Part shown: one piece after another, positions 1-11,174 of the stretch
How positions within the stretch are numbered: the stretch's first letter is position 1
Layout: each line of letters starts with the position of its first letter
Notes under the pieces: generated by a model
Database searches by the model: none
What the model saw: only the letters and a program-made list of their open reading frames with translations
Told to the model about the DNA's origin: nothing
Translations under genes and position numbers: made by a program
From: an uncultured delta proteobacterium
GTDB taxonomy: Bacteria > Myxococcota > Myxococcia > Myxococcales > Myxococcaceae
Direction of reading: 5' to 3'
Length of the DNA: 64,000 bases
NCBI GenBank assembly: GCA_963771175.1
Contig: CAVYSY010000054.1
Span: forward strand, 64,001 to 128,000

Positions 1-1439
<1,439 letters not shown>

Positions 1440-1467
1440 AGCAACTGGAGCAGGGGGACGAGGTGGC

Positions 1468-2382
1468 TCAACCGGCGGCGCCGTAGCGGAGCGCGTCCCG
1501 GCCCACCTGGGTGATGGCCTCGTCTCCCACGCTCGGCCCGTACTGGAGCAGCGCCACTCCGTAGTGGAACGCCCGGAAGCGCGCGCGGTCCCACGTGGCC
1601 TCGTCGATGTCGCCGTAGGCCTCGCGGAACGCTCCGCGGGCCTCCGGCGGCAGGAAGGTGAAGGCGATGCTCAGGTCCACCGCCGGGTCTCCCAGGTGCA
1701 CGTCTCCCCAGTCAATCACCCCCGTCAGCGTTTGGTTCTCGTCCACCAGCAGGTGCCTCGCGTAGAGGTCTCCGTGTACCCAGCAGGCCCGCCGGGTCCA
1801 CGGTGGCGTGTCCACCAGCCGTGATACCCAGGCGCGGATCGTCCCTCCATCCACCTCCGGGTGGAGTGCTTCCACCTTCGCGAGCCGCTCCAGGATGATG
1901 GGGGCTCGTTTGTGAAGGTCGGCACGGGCAAGCTCGTCTCCCGGGCCCCTCGCCAGGGTCTCGTCGTCCACGGGAATGCGGTGCAGCGCCGCCAGGAACC
2001 TCCCGAGGATGGAGGCGTTTCGAAGGCGTTCCTCGGGCGTCAAGGCCACCGTGCACGCGGTGACTCCGGGCAGCATCTCGTAGCCGACGAACGGGTAGGG
2101 GTAGTCCCCTTCGGGGCGACCGAGCCACTCCGGCACGGGAATGCGCAGCGGCAGGTGGGGCGCCAGCCGGGGCAGGATACGTGCCTCGTTCTCCAGCAGC
2201 CCCGCGGCAATCTTGCGGCGCGGGAAGCGGAACACCCAGCATCCGTCCACCACATAGGCCGCGTTGTCCCAGCCCTTGCCCAGCGGCTCCAGCCTCTGCG
2301 GAGCGATCTCCGGGAACTGCCGCTCCACCAATCCAGTGGCGGCCTCTTCCGTCAGGGTGACGTCCGCGTCCCACACAGGCAT
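1468..2382 (-). CDS. Aminoglycoside phosphotransferase (APH)-family kinase
   Basis: MPVWDADV start; GKGWDN; VFRFPR; Brenner motif HGDLYARHLLV; IDWGD; DPAVDL. Confidence 0.85.
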   Translation of the reverse strand: MPVWDADVTLTEEAATGLVERQFPEIAPQRLEPLGKGWDNAAYVVDGCWVFRFPRRKIAAGLLENEARILPRLAPHLPLRIPVPEWLGRPEGDYPYPFVGYEMLPGVTACTVALTPEERLRNASILGRFLAALHRIPVDDETLARGPGDELARADLHKRAPIILERLAKVEALHPEVDGGTIRAWVSRLVDTPPWTRRACWVHGDLYARHLLVDENQTLTGVIDWGDVHLGDPAVDLSIAFTFLPPEARGAFREAYGDIDEATWDRARFRAFHYGVALLQYGPSVGDEAITQVGRDALRYGAAG

Positions 2383-2417
2383 GGCTCTTCCTCTCCCTCG
2401 GCTCGGTGTGGCGTATC

Positions 2418-4065
2418 CTAGTCCGGGATGAGCAGTCGGTGGTGGCGCAGCGCCTTCGCCACGTTCTTCACCGGCGTCTCCGTCAGCGGGCCATAGCCGA
2501 GCGAGCGGATGAATTCGTCCTCGCTCCCCTCCAGCGCCTGCTTCACCGAGTCCATCACCAGCGTCTCCCGGAAGCCCGCCAGCGATTGCAGCCGCGCCGT
2601 CTGGTTCATCCCCGTGGAGAAGCCGGTGTAGTCCGGTTCGGTCCGAAGAGGCCGCAGCATCGTGTGCGCCAGGTTCAGTCCGATCGCCACGCCCAGCCCC
2701 GGCATGCCCCACCCGCTCGCAGATGCTCCGGACCTCCGGGTCCGTGCTCATCGCCGCCGTGGTGCGCCTGGATGTCCAGCGCCGCCGCGCACCAGCGCGC
2801 TCCGCCCGCTCGCGCCGGCCGCTCCGGAAGAAGGGCGGGCCGAACAGGCCGATGACGCAGTCGCCGACCATCTTGTCGAACACGCCTCCGTGCTCGCCAC
2901 AGCAGCTCCACCACCGCTCGCTCCAGCCGTCCACGAAGCGGCCGATGCGCGCCGGGCTCTCCAGACCTGCTCGCACAGCCGGGTGAAGCCGTTGATGTCC
3001 GCGAAGAGGATGCCCACCTCCTCGTCGCGGCTCGTCAGGTAGTGCGTCGCGTAGTCCGGCGATCCTGCAGCAGCTCGTCGATGACGTCCGCGGAGAAGAA
3101 CTGCGAGAGGTGCGATGCGCTCGCGGTTGTAGTCCATCGAGCCGCTGGCTCAGCGTCGAGGCCAGCACCCGCATCAGGTCCATCGTGTAGCTGGAGAAAC
3201 CCGTCCTCGCCCGACCACAGCAGGATCCGGCCCAGCGGCGCGCTGTGCCGGTGGCCGGCGATGAGCACCGCCTCCATCACCGCGAGGCTCTCGCAGCGCC
3301 TCGCTTCAGCCGCTCGTCTCCGCGCGCCAGCAGTTCCGGGCCGTGCGCGCGCAGCACCGCGTCCAGCACCGGCAGGGTCTGCTCGCCCGACTCGTGCTCC
3401 AGGTGCCCGTTGCGGTACGAGCGGTAGTGCAGCACCGAGGGCCTCACCGCGTCCCGGTACACCAGCAGGAAGCCCGGCACCCGCACCCGCTGCGGCCAGC
3501 GCCAGCACCGCCTCGTCCATGCCCGCCTCGAAGACGGGGTTGGCCAGCAGGTGGTTGAGGTGGAGGATGAGCTCCTGCTTCTCGCTCGCGGTGTGCACCA
3601 GCAGCAGCACGGTGTCGAGCTGCTCGGCCACCGTGTCCAGCATGCGCTCCAGCGAGCCCCGGCCTGCTCGGGCGGGTGTGGTCGCCCACCAGGAACAGGC
3701 CGAGGCGCCCCACCGACTGGCCCACCACGTCCAGCGTCCTGGCTCACCACCGTGCCCTCGCCCTCGCGCCGCGTCGCCCAGCGAGTCGGCCAGCAGCGTG
3801 CCCGGGTAGACGCCGCCGAAGTCCCCCGCGTGGAAGGTCTGCTGCGACGAGCTCCTCGTTGCGCGTGGTGACGGCGACGCCCTGCGCCCCCGTCTCCCGC
3901 AGCACCAACGGGCAGCAACCGGTGGAACGTCTGCGCCAGCGAGGCCCGCTCCCGCACGCACTCCTCCAGCAGCGAGTCCACCTCGCGGTTGAGTGCGTGC
4001 AGCATGCGGAGCTCCTCGAGCTCCGACCCGGCGGTGGCCACCGGCGTGGCCCGTGCGACTGTCAT
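2418..4065 (-). CDS. Class III adenylate cyclase with uncharacterised N-terminal sensory region (frameshifted)
   Basis: Motifs in successive frames: ILFADINGFTRLCE, FDKMVGDCVIGLFG, GVAIGLN, YTGFSTGMNQTARLQS. GGGAG RBS before the ATG at 4065. Confidence 0.85.
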
Positions 4066-4089
4066 GACTTCTCCCTGTGGGGCTCCGCC

Positions 4090-6556
4090 TCAGCGGCAGT
4101 TCTGGTTGGCGTCGAGCGCCTCGCGCAGGTTCTGCGGCGGCGGCAGCTTGCGCGCGGCCATCAGCTCCGCGAACTCCTGTGCGTTGGCCACCTGCAGCCG
4201 CGGGTTGGTGCGCTTCTCCCGGCCAATGGTGCTCGCCCGCTGGCCCTGGTAGTCGTGCGAGGGCAGCACCACCGTGTCCTCCGGCAGCGCCATCAGCCGC
4301 TGGAGGCTCTCGTAGAGCTTCGCCGAGCTGCCCGAGGGCAGGTCCGTCCGGCCGCACGCGCCGATCAGCAGCGTGTCCCCGGTCAGCACCCGACCCGGCA
4401 GCACGAGGCACAGCGCGTCCTCGGTGTGGCCCGGCGTGCGCCATCACCTCGATGCGCAGCTTGCCCAGCTGCAGCGTGTCCCCGTCCTGCAGCCGCTTGT
4501 CCACGCACGGCGGAGTCGCCGCCGCGTGCATCACCATCTGCGCCCCCGTCAGCTCCTTGAGGCGCATGCGAGCCCGACAGGTGGTCCGCGTGGGTGTGCG
4601 TCTCCAGCGTGTAGCGCAGCCGCAGCCGCTTGGACTTGAGCAGGTCCAGGTAGTGGTCCACGTGCTCGCGCAGCGGGTCGACCAGCATCGCCTCGCCCGA
4701 GTCCTTGGTCCGCGATGAGGTAGCTGCGGCACGCCCCGTCCGGCTGGAGCACCTCGAACTCGTAGCCGTGGATGTCTCCGTCCGGCTGCGTGGTGTTGCT
4801 CTCCTGGCGTGGACTCCATCCAGCGGTCCGCGCAGCGGCCGGCGAACTCGGCGCTCACCGCGTCGCCCTTCACCTGGTAGTGGCCGCGCCACTTGCGGTC
4901 GCGCACCCGCTGCACGTACTCCAGCAGCCGGTCCACGTCGCTCTCGTCGTTGTAGAGGCCCACGCTCGCGCGCACCGCGCCCGTGGGAGGCGTCGTCTGG
5001 CCCGCGGCTCTTCGCCTTCGCCGCCAGCAGCTTGTCCATGTAGATGTGCGCGCAGAAGCGGCCGTTGCGCACCGCGATGGCGCCCTCCTCGGAGAGCACC
5101 GCCGCCGCCAGCAGGTCCGACACCCCGTCCACGTTGAAGGTGACCACGCCCAGGCGCTTGCTCGCGTCCGGCGGCCCGTAGAGCGGTGATGCCGCCCATC
5201 TCCTGGAGGCCCTTCAGCATGCGCTCCATGAGCGCGCACCTCGTGGGCGCGCACCTCCTCCATGCCGATGGACTGGAGGAACGAGAGCGCGCGCGCCATG
5301 CCCACCACGCCCGCGATGTTCGGCGTGCCGCCATGGTGCCGGTCCGGCGCCGGCGAGGTACTCGGCATCGCGCGGCGTCACCTTCGAGGCCGTGCCGCCA
5401 CCCGGGAGGTACGGCGGCGCCTGGCTCATCAGCGCGCGCGGCCCGTAGAGGAAGCCCGCGCCGAACGGGGCGTAGGCCTTGTGGCCCGCGCCCGCGAGGA
5501 AGTCGATGTGCTCGGCGTCGTCCGGGTCGCTTCACGTCGATGCGGCATGCGCGCCAGCGCCTGCGCCGCGTCGACCAGGATGAGCGCGCCGTTCTCGTGC
5601 GCCATGCGCGCGATCTTCCGCAGGTCCGGCATCGACGCCGGTGACGTTGGAGCCGGCCGTCACCGCCACCAGCTTCACGTCGTTCTTGCGCAGCAGCTCT
5701 TCCAGGTGGTCGAGGTCCAGCTCACCGTCGTCCGTCGACGCGGGCGCGCAGCACGGGGCCGCGGCGGCGGTGGGGCAGCTCGTTGGAGTGGTGCTCCAGC
5801 TCCGTGGTGACGACCTTGCCGGGCCGGTCCGCCATCACGTGGCTGCACAGGTCGATCGCCTGCGTGGTGTTGTTGGTGAAGCACGACGCGCCCCGCGGCG
5901 CAGCTCGGCGTCGAGGTAGTCCGCGACGATGTAGTAGCACTCCTCGAAGCGCTCGGTGGCCTTGCGCGACAGGTGGTGCGTGCCGCGGTGGATGTTGGCG
6001 TACTCGCGCGCCACGAACTCGGTGTAGGCGCTGAGGACCGAGGCCGGCGCGTGCGTGCTGGCCGCGTGGTCCATGTACACCAGCGGCGCTCCCCCGAGCC
6101 GAGCACCGGCACGCAGCGCGCCACGATGGCGAACTCGTGCCGCACGTCGTCCCAGTTGAGCTTCGCGCCGGGAAGCCGGCACACCACCGCGCCGCCGGAG
6201 ATGGGCAGCCCGAGGTGGCGCCAGCGCTCGATGCCGCCGGCGAGGCTGCGCACGTTGGAGTAGCCCATCTTCAGCAGCACGTCGCCCACCATCGCCGAGC
6301 GGTTGCCGGTGGCGCAGTAGACGACGACGGGCGTGTCCCGCTTCGCCACGTGCTCGTGGACGTGCTTCTCCAGCAGTCCACGCGGCAGGCGCACCGCGCC
6401 CTCCAGGGTGCCGTCGGCCATCTCGTCCGACTCGCGGACATCGAGCAGCACCACGTGGTGGCGCGCCTCGGCGCGGCTGAGCTCCTCGGCGGAGATCTCC
6501 GGCACGCGGCTCAAGGCATCCTTGACGAAGTCCTTGTACGTCCAGGCCTGTGACAT
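4090..6556 (-). CDS. Rhodanese / class V PLP cysteine desulfurase (SufS-like) / MBL-fold persulfide dioxygenase fusion (frameshifted)
   Basis: Rhodanese: LLDVRE, YCATGNRS, LAGGIERW. In the same frame follows DVRHEFAIV, then YMDHAAST, NIHRG, FTNNTT, EHHSN, DAAQ, GHK, GGTPN, RNGRFCAH, RASVGLYN. After that: SYLIAD, DPLRE, ETHTHADH, GHT, TGDTLLI, GRTD, PSHDY, EKRTNPRL. Confidence 0.75.
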
Positions 6557-6875
6557 CCTGCCTCCCTGTGGGTGTGGGCTCGTGGTGGCCCGCTCCTCCC
6601 GTGTCGCGGGCACGCACGGAAGGGGGAGCCGGGGCCCCTGATACCACGCCGGGCGCGAAGGGCCACCGGGCATGGAGGGGGCCGGGCGCCAACCCACACC
6701 CGGGGTTGAGGGAGACCTGACGGACGGCTCGCCATGGCTCCCGGGGACGCGGGGATTTCCCGGCTCTTGACGCGGTGTGCGATGCAAGGGGCCCCCTCTG
6801 TCCCCGTGATGTCTTCGAGTACGGCGCTGGTGGCAGCCGCCCGCAGTGCCTACACTCCGGGAAGGGCGGACGACC

Positions 6876-7173
6876 ATGACCCTTTCTCAGCACCGACCTG
6901 AGGGATGAGATCGCCATCCCCTATTTCCTCTGGGACGACCCGATGACCGTGGGCGAGCTGCGCGAGCGGCTGCTCACGGCTTCCGAGCCGGAGCGCGTAC
7001 GCTTGATTGGCACCATCCTCCGCGAGGCGCGGGACACGGACGTCTGGGAGTGGGTTGCGCTCGAAGAGGTGGTCCAACTCTGGCCACAGCTCCAGCGCCA
7101 CCTGGGCCGTCGGCGAGCCTTCTGGGAGTTCCTCCTCTCGCGCTGGCGTCGGCAAGGACTCCTGCATGGCTGA
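6876..7173 (+). CDS. Small putative antitoxin upstream of an AbiEii-type nucleotidyltransferase (start uncertain, probable indel near the 5' end)
   Basis: PYFLWDDPMTVGELRERL...ILREARDTDVW...FWEFLL; its stop overlaps the next ATG. Confidence 0.6.
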
Positions 7174-7817
7174 TGCACTCAGCCCCTTTCAGCGGGAACT
7201 CCTCGAAGCCTTCTTTCGCCGCGCACCGGCGTTCTATCTCACCGGTGGCGCGGCCCTGGCGGGCTTCTACCTCGGGCACCGGCGGACGGAGGATCTCGAC
7301 CTCTTCACCACCGAAGATGCCTTGGAGTCCGGGGAGCGCGCTCTCCAGGAGGCAGCGGACGAGCTGGGCTCCTCCGTGGAGCGCCTCCAGACAGCACCGG
7401 ACTTTCGCCGCCGCCTCGTGAGGCGGAGTCATGAGTCGTTGGTGGCGGACCTGGTGCGTGAACGCGTCACGGCGGGTCAGCGCACCAAGGTTCAGCGCGG
7501 CGTCGTCAGGCTGGACTCCGCGGAGGAGATCCTCGCCAACAAGCTCTGTGCACTCCTCTCGCGCGCGGAACTGCGAGATTCTGGTGGACGTCATGGCCCT
7601 GGAGAAAACGGGACTGCGCATCGAGGAGGTTCTCCCGGACGCCATGCGGAAGGACGGGGGGCTGACGCCGGCGCAGCTCGCGTGGGTCCTGTCGGAGTTG
7701 CGCATCGGCGATGACGCGCGCATTCCCGGGCGCCTGTCCGCTGCCGAGGTCCGCACAGGGATCGAGTCCCTTATCGAGCGGCTGACCCGCCTCGCGGCCC
7801 CAGCCAATGGCAAGTAA
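7166..7817 (+). CDS. AbiEii/AbiGii-family nucleotidyltransferase toxin (type IV TA), one frameshift near 7580
   Basis: FYLTGGAALAGFYLGHRRTEDLDLF (G-G...DxD nucleotidyltransferase motif); ANKLCALLSRAELRD, continuing as LVDV in the next frame. Confidence 0.8.
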
Positions 7818-7949
7818 CGCCGTGTCGTCCAGCACGGGCTCGGCCGAGTAGCGCCGCTCCCAGAAGCCGCCACTCCAGTCCTCCAGCCGCCCCACCTTCC
7901 TGGAGAGGTTGGCGCGCAGGTACTGCATGAAGCCGGCGAGCGCGGCCCT
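7816..7949 (-). mobile_element. Internal fragment of a Y1/IS200-like (RAYT-type) transposase
   Basis: RAALAGFMQYLRANLSRKVGRLEDWSGGFWERRYSAEPVLDD matches the FM...G-FW-RY-S segment of HUH Y1 transposases. No HUH motif or catalytic Tyr region is present. Confidence 0.7.
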
Positions 7950-8098
7950 CCTGCAGGCGGGGATTTCCCGACTCTGGACGCGGCGTGCGATGCTCCTTGG
8001 CCGCCCGTTCGGTGGGCCACCAGGAGTCCGATGGAGGCTCCAGCAGGTCGCTCGCCGAGCGCGGAAACCACCCTCTCATTGCTCCAGGAGACTTCTCG

Positions 8099-8647
8099 AT
8101 GCGAACCCACTTCTCCCTCATGACGGCCGCGGCCGTGGCCCTGACGTTCGTGCTCGCTTCGCCCGCCCTCGCGGAGTCAGCCAAGGCCCACGCCGCGGAC
8201 GAGGCCACCATCCGCAAGCAGGTGGCCGATCAGACCGAGGCCTGGAACCGCTCCGACGCGGCGGCCTGGAGCAAGGACTTCGCCCCGGACGCGGCGTTCA
8301 TCAACATCGTCGGAAGCGTCTTCAATGGCCGGGCTGAAATCGAGAAGCGGCACGCCTTCGTCTTCGACACCCTCTTCAAGGGCAGCCGGACCCAGGTGAC
8401 GGTGACGCGGCTCGTCTTCGTCGATGCGAACGTGGCGGTGGTCGACATGGAGCACGTGGTGACCGGGTTCACCGGGCTGCCTCCCGGTGTTCAGTCCACG
8501 GAGCCGGGCGTGCTGAAGACCCGAATGCGGTACGTGATGAAGAAGGCCGGCAAGAAGTGGGAAATCGCCGCCGGCCAGAACACGGACGTGAAGCCCGCGC
8601 CGGCTCCCGCCGTCACTCCGGCCAAGGACGCTCCCGCCGGCAGGTAG
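8099..8647 (+). CDS. Secreted NTF2/SnoaL-like protein (SgcJ/EcaC, DUF4440-like)
   Basis: Signal peptide ending SPALA; AWNRSDAAAWSKDFAPDAAFINIVG...GRAEI; WEIAAGQNT; AGGAG RBS. Confidence 0.8.
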   Translation: MRTHFSLMTAAAVALTFVLASPALAESAKAHAADEATIRKQVADQTEAWNRSDAAAWSKDFAPDAAFINIVGSVFNGRAEIEKRHAFVFDTLFKGSRTQVTVTRLVFVDANVAVVDMEHVVTGFTGLPPGVQSTEPGVLKTRMRYVMKKAGKKWEIAAGQNTDVKPAPAPAVTPAKDAPAGR

Positions 8648-8663
8648 CATGCGGAGTGCCGGC

Positions 8664-8727
8664 TCAGAAGCTCAGGCCGAGGCCGGCGAACGGGTCGCCC
8701 ATCCTGTCCCGGTGCCGCTCCCCGTCC
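8664..8727 (-). repeat. Orphan 64-bp copy of the 3' end of the gene at 18770-19675
   Basis: 61/64 identical to 18770-18833; encodes DGERHRDRMGDPFAGLGLSF*. Confidence 0.95.
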
Positions 8728-8792
8728 TCCGGGAAGGTGTCGAAGGACTCGTTTCGACACCGCGTCCCCTACGAATCGTCTGACACCCTGCC
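8728..8792 (+). repeat. REP/REPIN-like element, copy A
   Basis: AGGTGTCGAAG-GACTCG-TTTCGACACCG palindrome followed by CCCTACGAATCGTCTGACACCCTGCC; related copies at 10880, 13236 and 45654. Confidence 0.85.
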
Positions 8793-8895
8793 TGCCTGGC
8801 GCACAGCCCGGGCGGCACCCGTCAGCGGCCCTCCTCGGCCCCTCGGCACCAGCCCGCCACCCTCAAAAGTGCCCCCATCTTTCCTTGGCTCCTTG

Positions 8896-8958
8896 AGTTT
8901 GTGCCGGGTTTGCGGGAACCCTTCACTGTGAAGGGTAGTCACAAACCCGGCACAAACT
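8896..8958. promoter_or_regulatory. 63-bp near-perfect palindrome upstream of the AlbA_2/ATPase gene (putative operator or hairpin)
   Basis: Outer arms AGTTTGTGCCGGGTTTG / CAAACCCGGCACAAACT; inner arms ACCCTTCAC-T-GTGAAGGGT. Confidence 0.65.
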
Positions 8959-8980
8959 TCTGGGTGAGGCACCAGCGGCC

Positions 8981-10814
8981 ATGCAGCGGATTCGAGAGGA
9001 AGTCGAGGTGGCGCTCAGCGGGGTGCTGGCGGGAACGGCCGCACACAAGCTGGAGTCCCCCACCTTGGACTTCAAGGAGCAGGGCCAGGGCGGGCTCAAG
9101 GATTTCATGCCGGGACATCGCGGGCGATGCCGTTTGCTTCGCGAACGCGGGTGGTGGAGCCATCATCATTGGGGTCGACAACAAGCAGGCGGGCCCGCAG
9201 GCATTCAAGGGAACCGACCTCGATTCCGAAGACGTCCGTAGGCGCGTCTACGAACTGAGCAACCCGCCCCTGCTCGTCGAGGCCGAGAACCGGCAATTCG
9301 CGGGTGCTCGTCTGCTCATCCTCTTCGTGCAGCAGAGCATCGATGTCCATGCGGACACTCAAGGGCGGGCCCGGCGCCGTGTGTCGACGGACTGCCTTCC
9401 CATGAGCCCCGACGAGGTGGCCCGTCTGCGAGAGGAGCGCCGGGACTTCGACTGGTCGAGCCAGCCTGGTGAGCGCACGCTCAGCGACGTGTCCCCGATA
9501 GCGCTCGAGGCGGCGCGCCGAAGCCTCGCCACCCTCACGGATGAGACGCGCCGCAAGTATGCGCGTCTCAGCGATCACGACTTGTTGAAGGCGCTCGGGG
9601 TTGTCTCGGAGAAGGGCGCTCTCCTTCGTGCTGGGGAACTGCTCTTCTGCGAAACATCCTGGTCTCCCTTGCTCCAGTACCACTACCGCCAGACACCGGG
9701 TGGCGAGCCTCGTGCCATCGAGCGCATCGAGACACCCCTCGTCCTTGCATTTGAAAAGGTGTTGGGGCTGGTGCAGGCCCGGCTCAATCAGACGCCGATA
9801 TCGCTTCCCAATGGCCAGCAGATCGAAATCGCGGACTTCCCCCAACTGGCTATTCGCGAGGCTATTGCCAACGCCCTCGTCCACCAGGACTTCCGCCTGC
9901 GTCGACCCGTCTTCATCGACCACTCCCCCGAGGTCTTCGTGGTCACCTCACCGGGACCGCTCGTCTCTGGAGTGACTCCTGAGAACATCCTGACGCATCC
10001 ACCCAGGCCGCGTAATCGCACCCTGGCCAAAGCTGCACGCACCCTGGGGTTCGCCGAGGAAGCCGGGCGAGGCGTGGATCGCATGTACCGGGAGATGATC
10101 CGTTCCGGGCGTGACCTTCCCCGAATCGAGGCTTCCTTCGAGCAGGTTCAGGTGAAGCTGGTTGGAGGTGCGCCCAGAACGCAGATCACCCGATTCGTTG
10201 CCCAACTCCCAGAACACGAGCGCGATGACACGGATACCCTGCTGATTCTCTTCCGCCTCTGTCGGAGCAAGACGGTCACGGCGTTGGAGATGGCACCCAT
10301 GCTGCAGAGGTCGGTGGACGAGGCCGAGGCGAGCTTGCGGCGACTCACGAACGACGAGTTGGCCATCCTGGAAGCCACTCGACAGACCGCACGCCTCGCT
10401 CATCCCGCATACCGACTGCGGGGCGAGGTGCTCAAGCGGCTCGGCTCGGCCGTGGATTACCAACGCCGAACCACGGACGAGTTGGATCGAAAAATCATTA
10501 CGCACGTCCGTGAATACGGAAAGGTGAACAATCGTACTCTGCAGAACTTCTTCGACGTGGATGTGCAGCGTGCACGCGACATCCTCTCGGACATGGTGGA
10601 GCGGCAGCTTCTGGTGAAGATTTCCGAGCAGCAACGGGGGCCCTCCGTGGAGTATGGTCCTGGGCCCAAGTTCCCCGGCAAGCGCAAGTCTCGCGCGAAG
10701 GGAACTCGGATGGACAAGCAGCGTGTCCGTTCCGCATCGCAAAAGAAAGACACCAAGACGCTGCCTCTGCCACTCAAGCCTCGCAGGCGAAGCAAGCCAC
10801 GTGGTAGCTCCTGA
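8981..10814 (+). CDS. AlbA_2 (Schlafen-like) + HATPase_c_4 (RecG-C-like) + winged-HTH protein, one frameshift near 9110
   Basis: ESPTLDFKE; VCFANAGGGAIIIGVDN; AIREAIANALVHQDF; SPGPL; PRNRTLA; EEAGRGVDRM; C-terminal HTH-like segments. Lower GC than its neighbours. Confidence 0.85.
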
Positions 10815-10879
10815 CGTGGTGCTTTGGGCTCAGCGGGTGAACCGTTCCGCCGCCGGAGCGCCGCCATCCTCGATCCGCT

Positions 10880-11040
10880 GGCAGGGTGTCGGACGAGTCG
10901 TAGGGGGCGAGGTGTTGGAACAAGTCCTTTGACTCGACTTTCACCATTTTTGACCGGCTCCCTCTGGCCTCCCTCTGGGAAGACGCCTCGTTCTTCCCTC
11001 TGAGGCGCCCAAAATGGCGAAAGTCGAGTTTGACACCTGA
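10880..11040 (-). repeat. REP/REPIN-like element, copy B (inverted relative to A), interrupted by a MITE
   Basis: Reverse complement reads ...TCAAAGGACTTGTTCCAACACCTCGCCCCCTACGACTCGTCCGACACCCTGCC. The terminal TTTGACACCTG is displaced to 11029-11039. Confidence 0.85.
10933..11028. mobile_element. 96-bp MITE-like insertion with 18-bp TIRs and a TTTGA direct repeat
   Basis: TIRs CTCGACTTTCACCATTTT and AAAATGGCGAAAGTCGAG (17/18 match); TTTGA at 10928-10932 and 11029-11033. Confidence 0.75.
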
Positions 11041-11074
11041 TACTGATACTGGGGACGTGGCCTCGAACCGAGCG

Positions 11075-11154
11075 CCAAGAGGGCCGTGCGCGCTCACGCA
11101 GTAGCCGCATCCATTCAGCTCGGACACGTGGAAGGTCTTGAGCGCGCTGGACAT
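11075..11154 (-). pseudogene. AhpD/carboxymuconolactone decarboxylase-like remnant
   Basis: VSELNGCGYCVSAH matches the NGCxYCxxxH motif; only about 25 codons remain. Confidence 0.55.
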
Positions 11155-11174
11155 TACAGCGCCCTCATCCCTCT

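Noticed and set aside
1468..2382. APH gene as a bona fide aminoglycoside resistance determinant
   Set aside because: The motifs place it only in the broad APH/choline kinase superfamily, and the substrate cannot be inferred. Its membership in the cyclase operon is also unproven.
6557..6875. Possible SAM or other riboswitch upstream of the sulfur fusion gene
   Set aside because: GC-rich stems are possible, but I could not recognise any conserved aptamer motif. An Rfam/Infernal scan would be needed.
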